A stretch of 64,000 nucleotides of DNA from positions 8,784,334-8,848,333 of the forward strand of contig CAVNZM010000005.1 of NCBI GenBank assembly GCA_963693365.1, read 5' to 3'. The DNA comes from Amoebidium appalachense. Lineage: Eukaryota > Protista > Ichthyosporea. Below are positions 63,993 through 64,000 of the stretch, in pieces (position 1 is the stretch's first letter; every line of letters begins with the position of its first letter). The translations under genes and the position numbers were made by a program. The notes below the pieces were generated by a model. The model made no database searches. It was not told the origin of the DNA and saw only the letters and a program-made list of their open reading frames with translations.

Positions 63993-64000
63993 GTCAGGGC

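Overview
Eukaryotic genomic DNA with spliceosomal introns full of poly-C/poly-G tracts and (CA)n/(GT)n microsatellites. Gene content (Abitram, a phase 1-1 EGF exon, a type I receptor) suggests a unicellular holozoan or other opisthokont, but this is inference. Most ORFs in the supplied track are repeat noise, so genes were rebuilt by hand from splice sites and exon phases. (1) 1.6-23.8 kb is a large imperfect palindrome (arms ~1583-11324 and 12729-~23826). It carries two intact, divergently transcribed copies of a 4-exon gene for a mitochondrion-targeted protein with three HMG boxes. A ~1 kb segment is triplicated in the spacer, and the left arm has a dead 5' copy of the next gene. (2) A 14-exon, ~777-aa type I membrane glycoprotein gene (20353-32170) encodes a ZP-module-like ectodomain, a furin site and a PDZ-binding tail, and has one GC-AG intron. 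(3) An intron-containing UNC-93-like MFS pseudogene (- strand) lies near an intact intronless paralogue (50203-51597). (4) There is a full-length, very young Ty1/Copia element (38433-45193; 925-bp LTRs; CTGAG TSD). (5) There is an orphan EGF pseudo-exon. (6) Abitram/Simiate (-) is head-to-head with DDX49/DBP8 (+, runs off the window). The most unusual signals are a dispersed family of 5'-truncated elements that all end in poly(C) rather than poly(A), and an intron architecture in which (GT)n follows donors and (CA)n replaces the polypyrimidine tract at acceptors.
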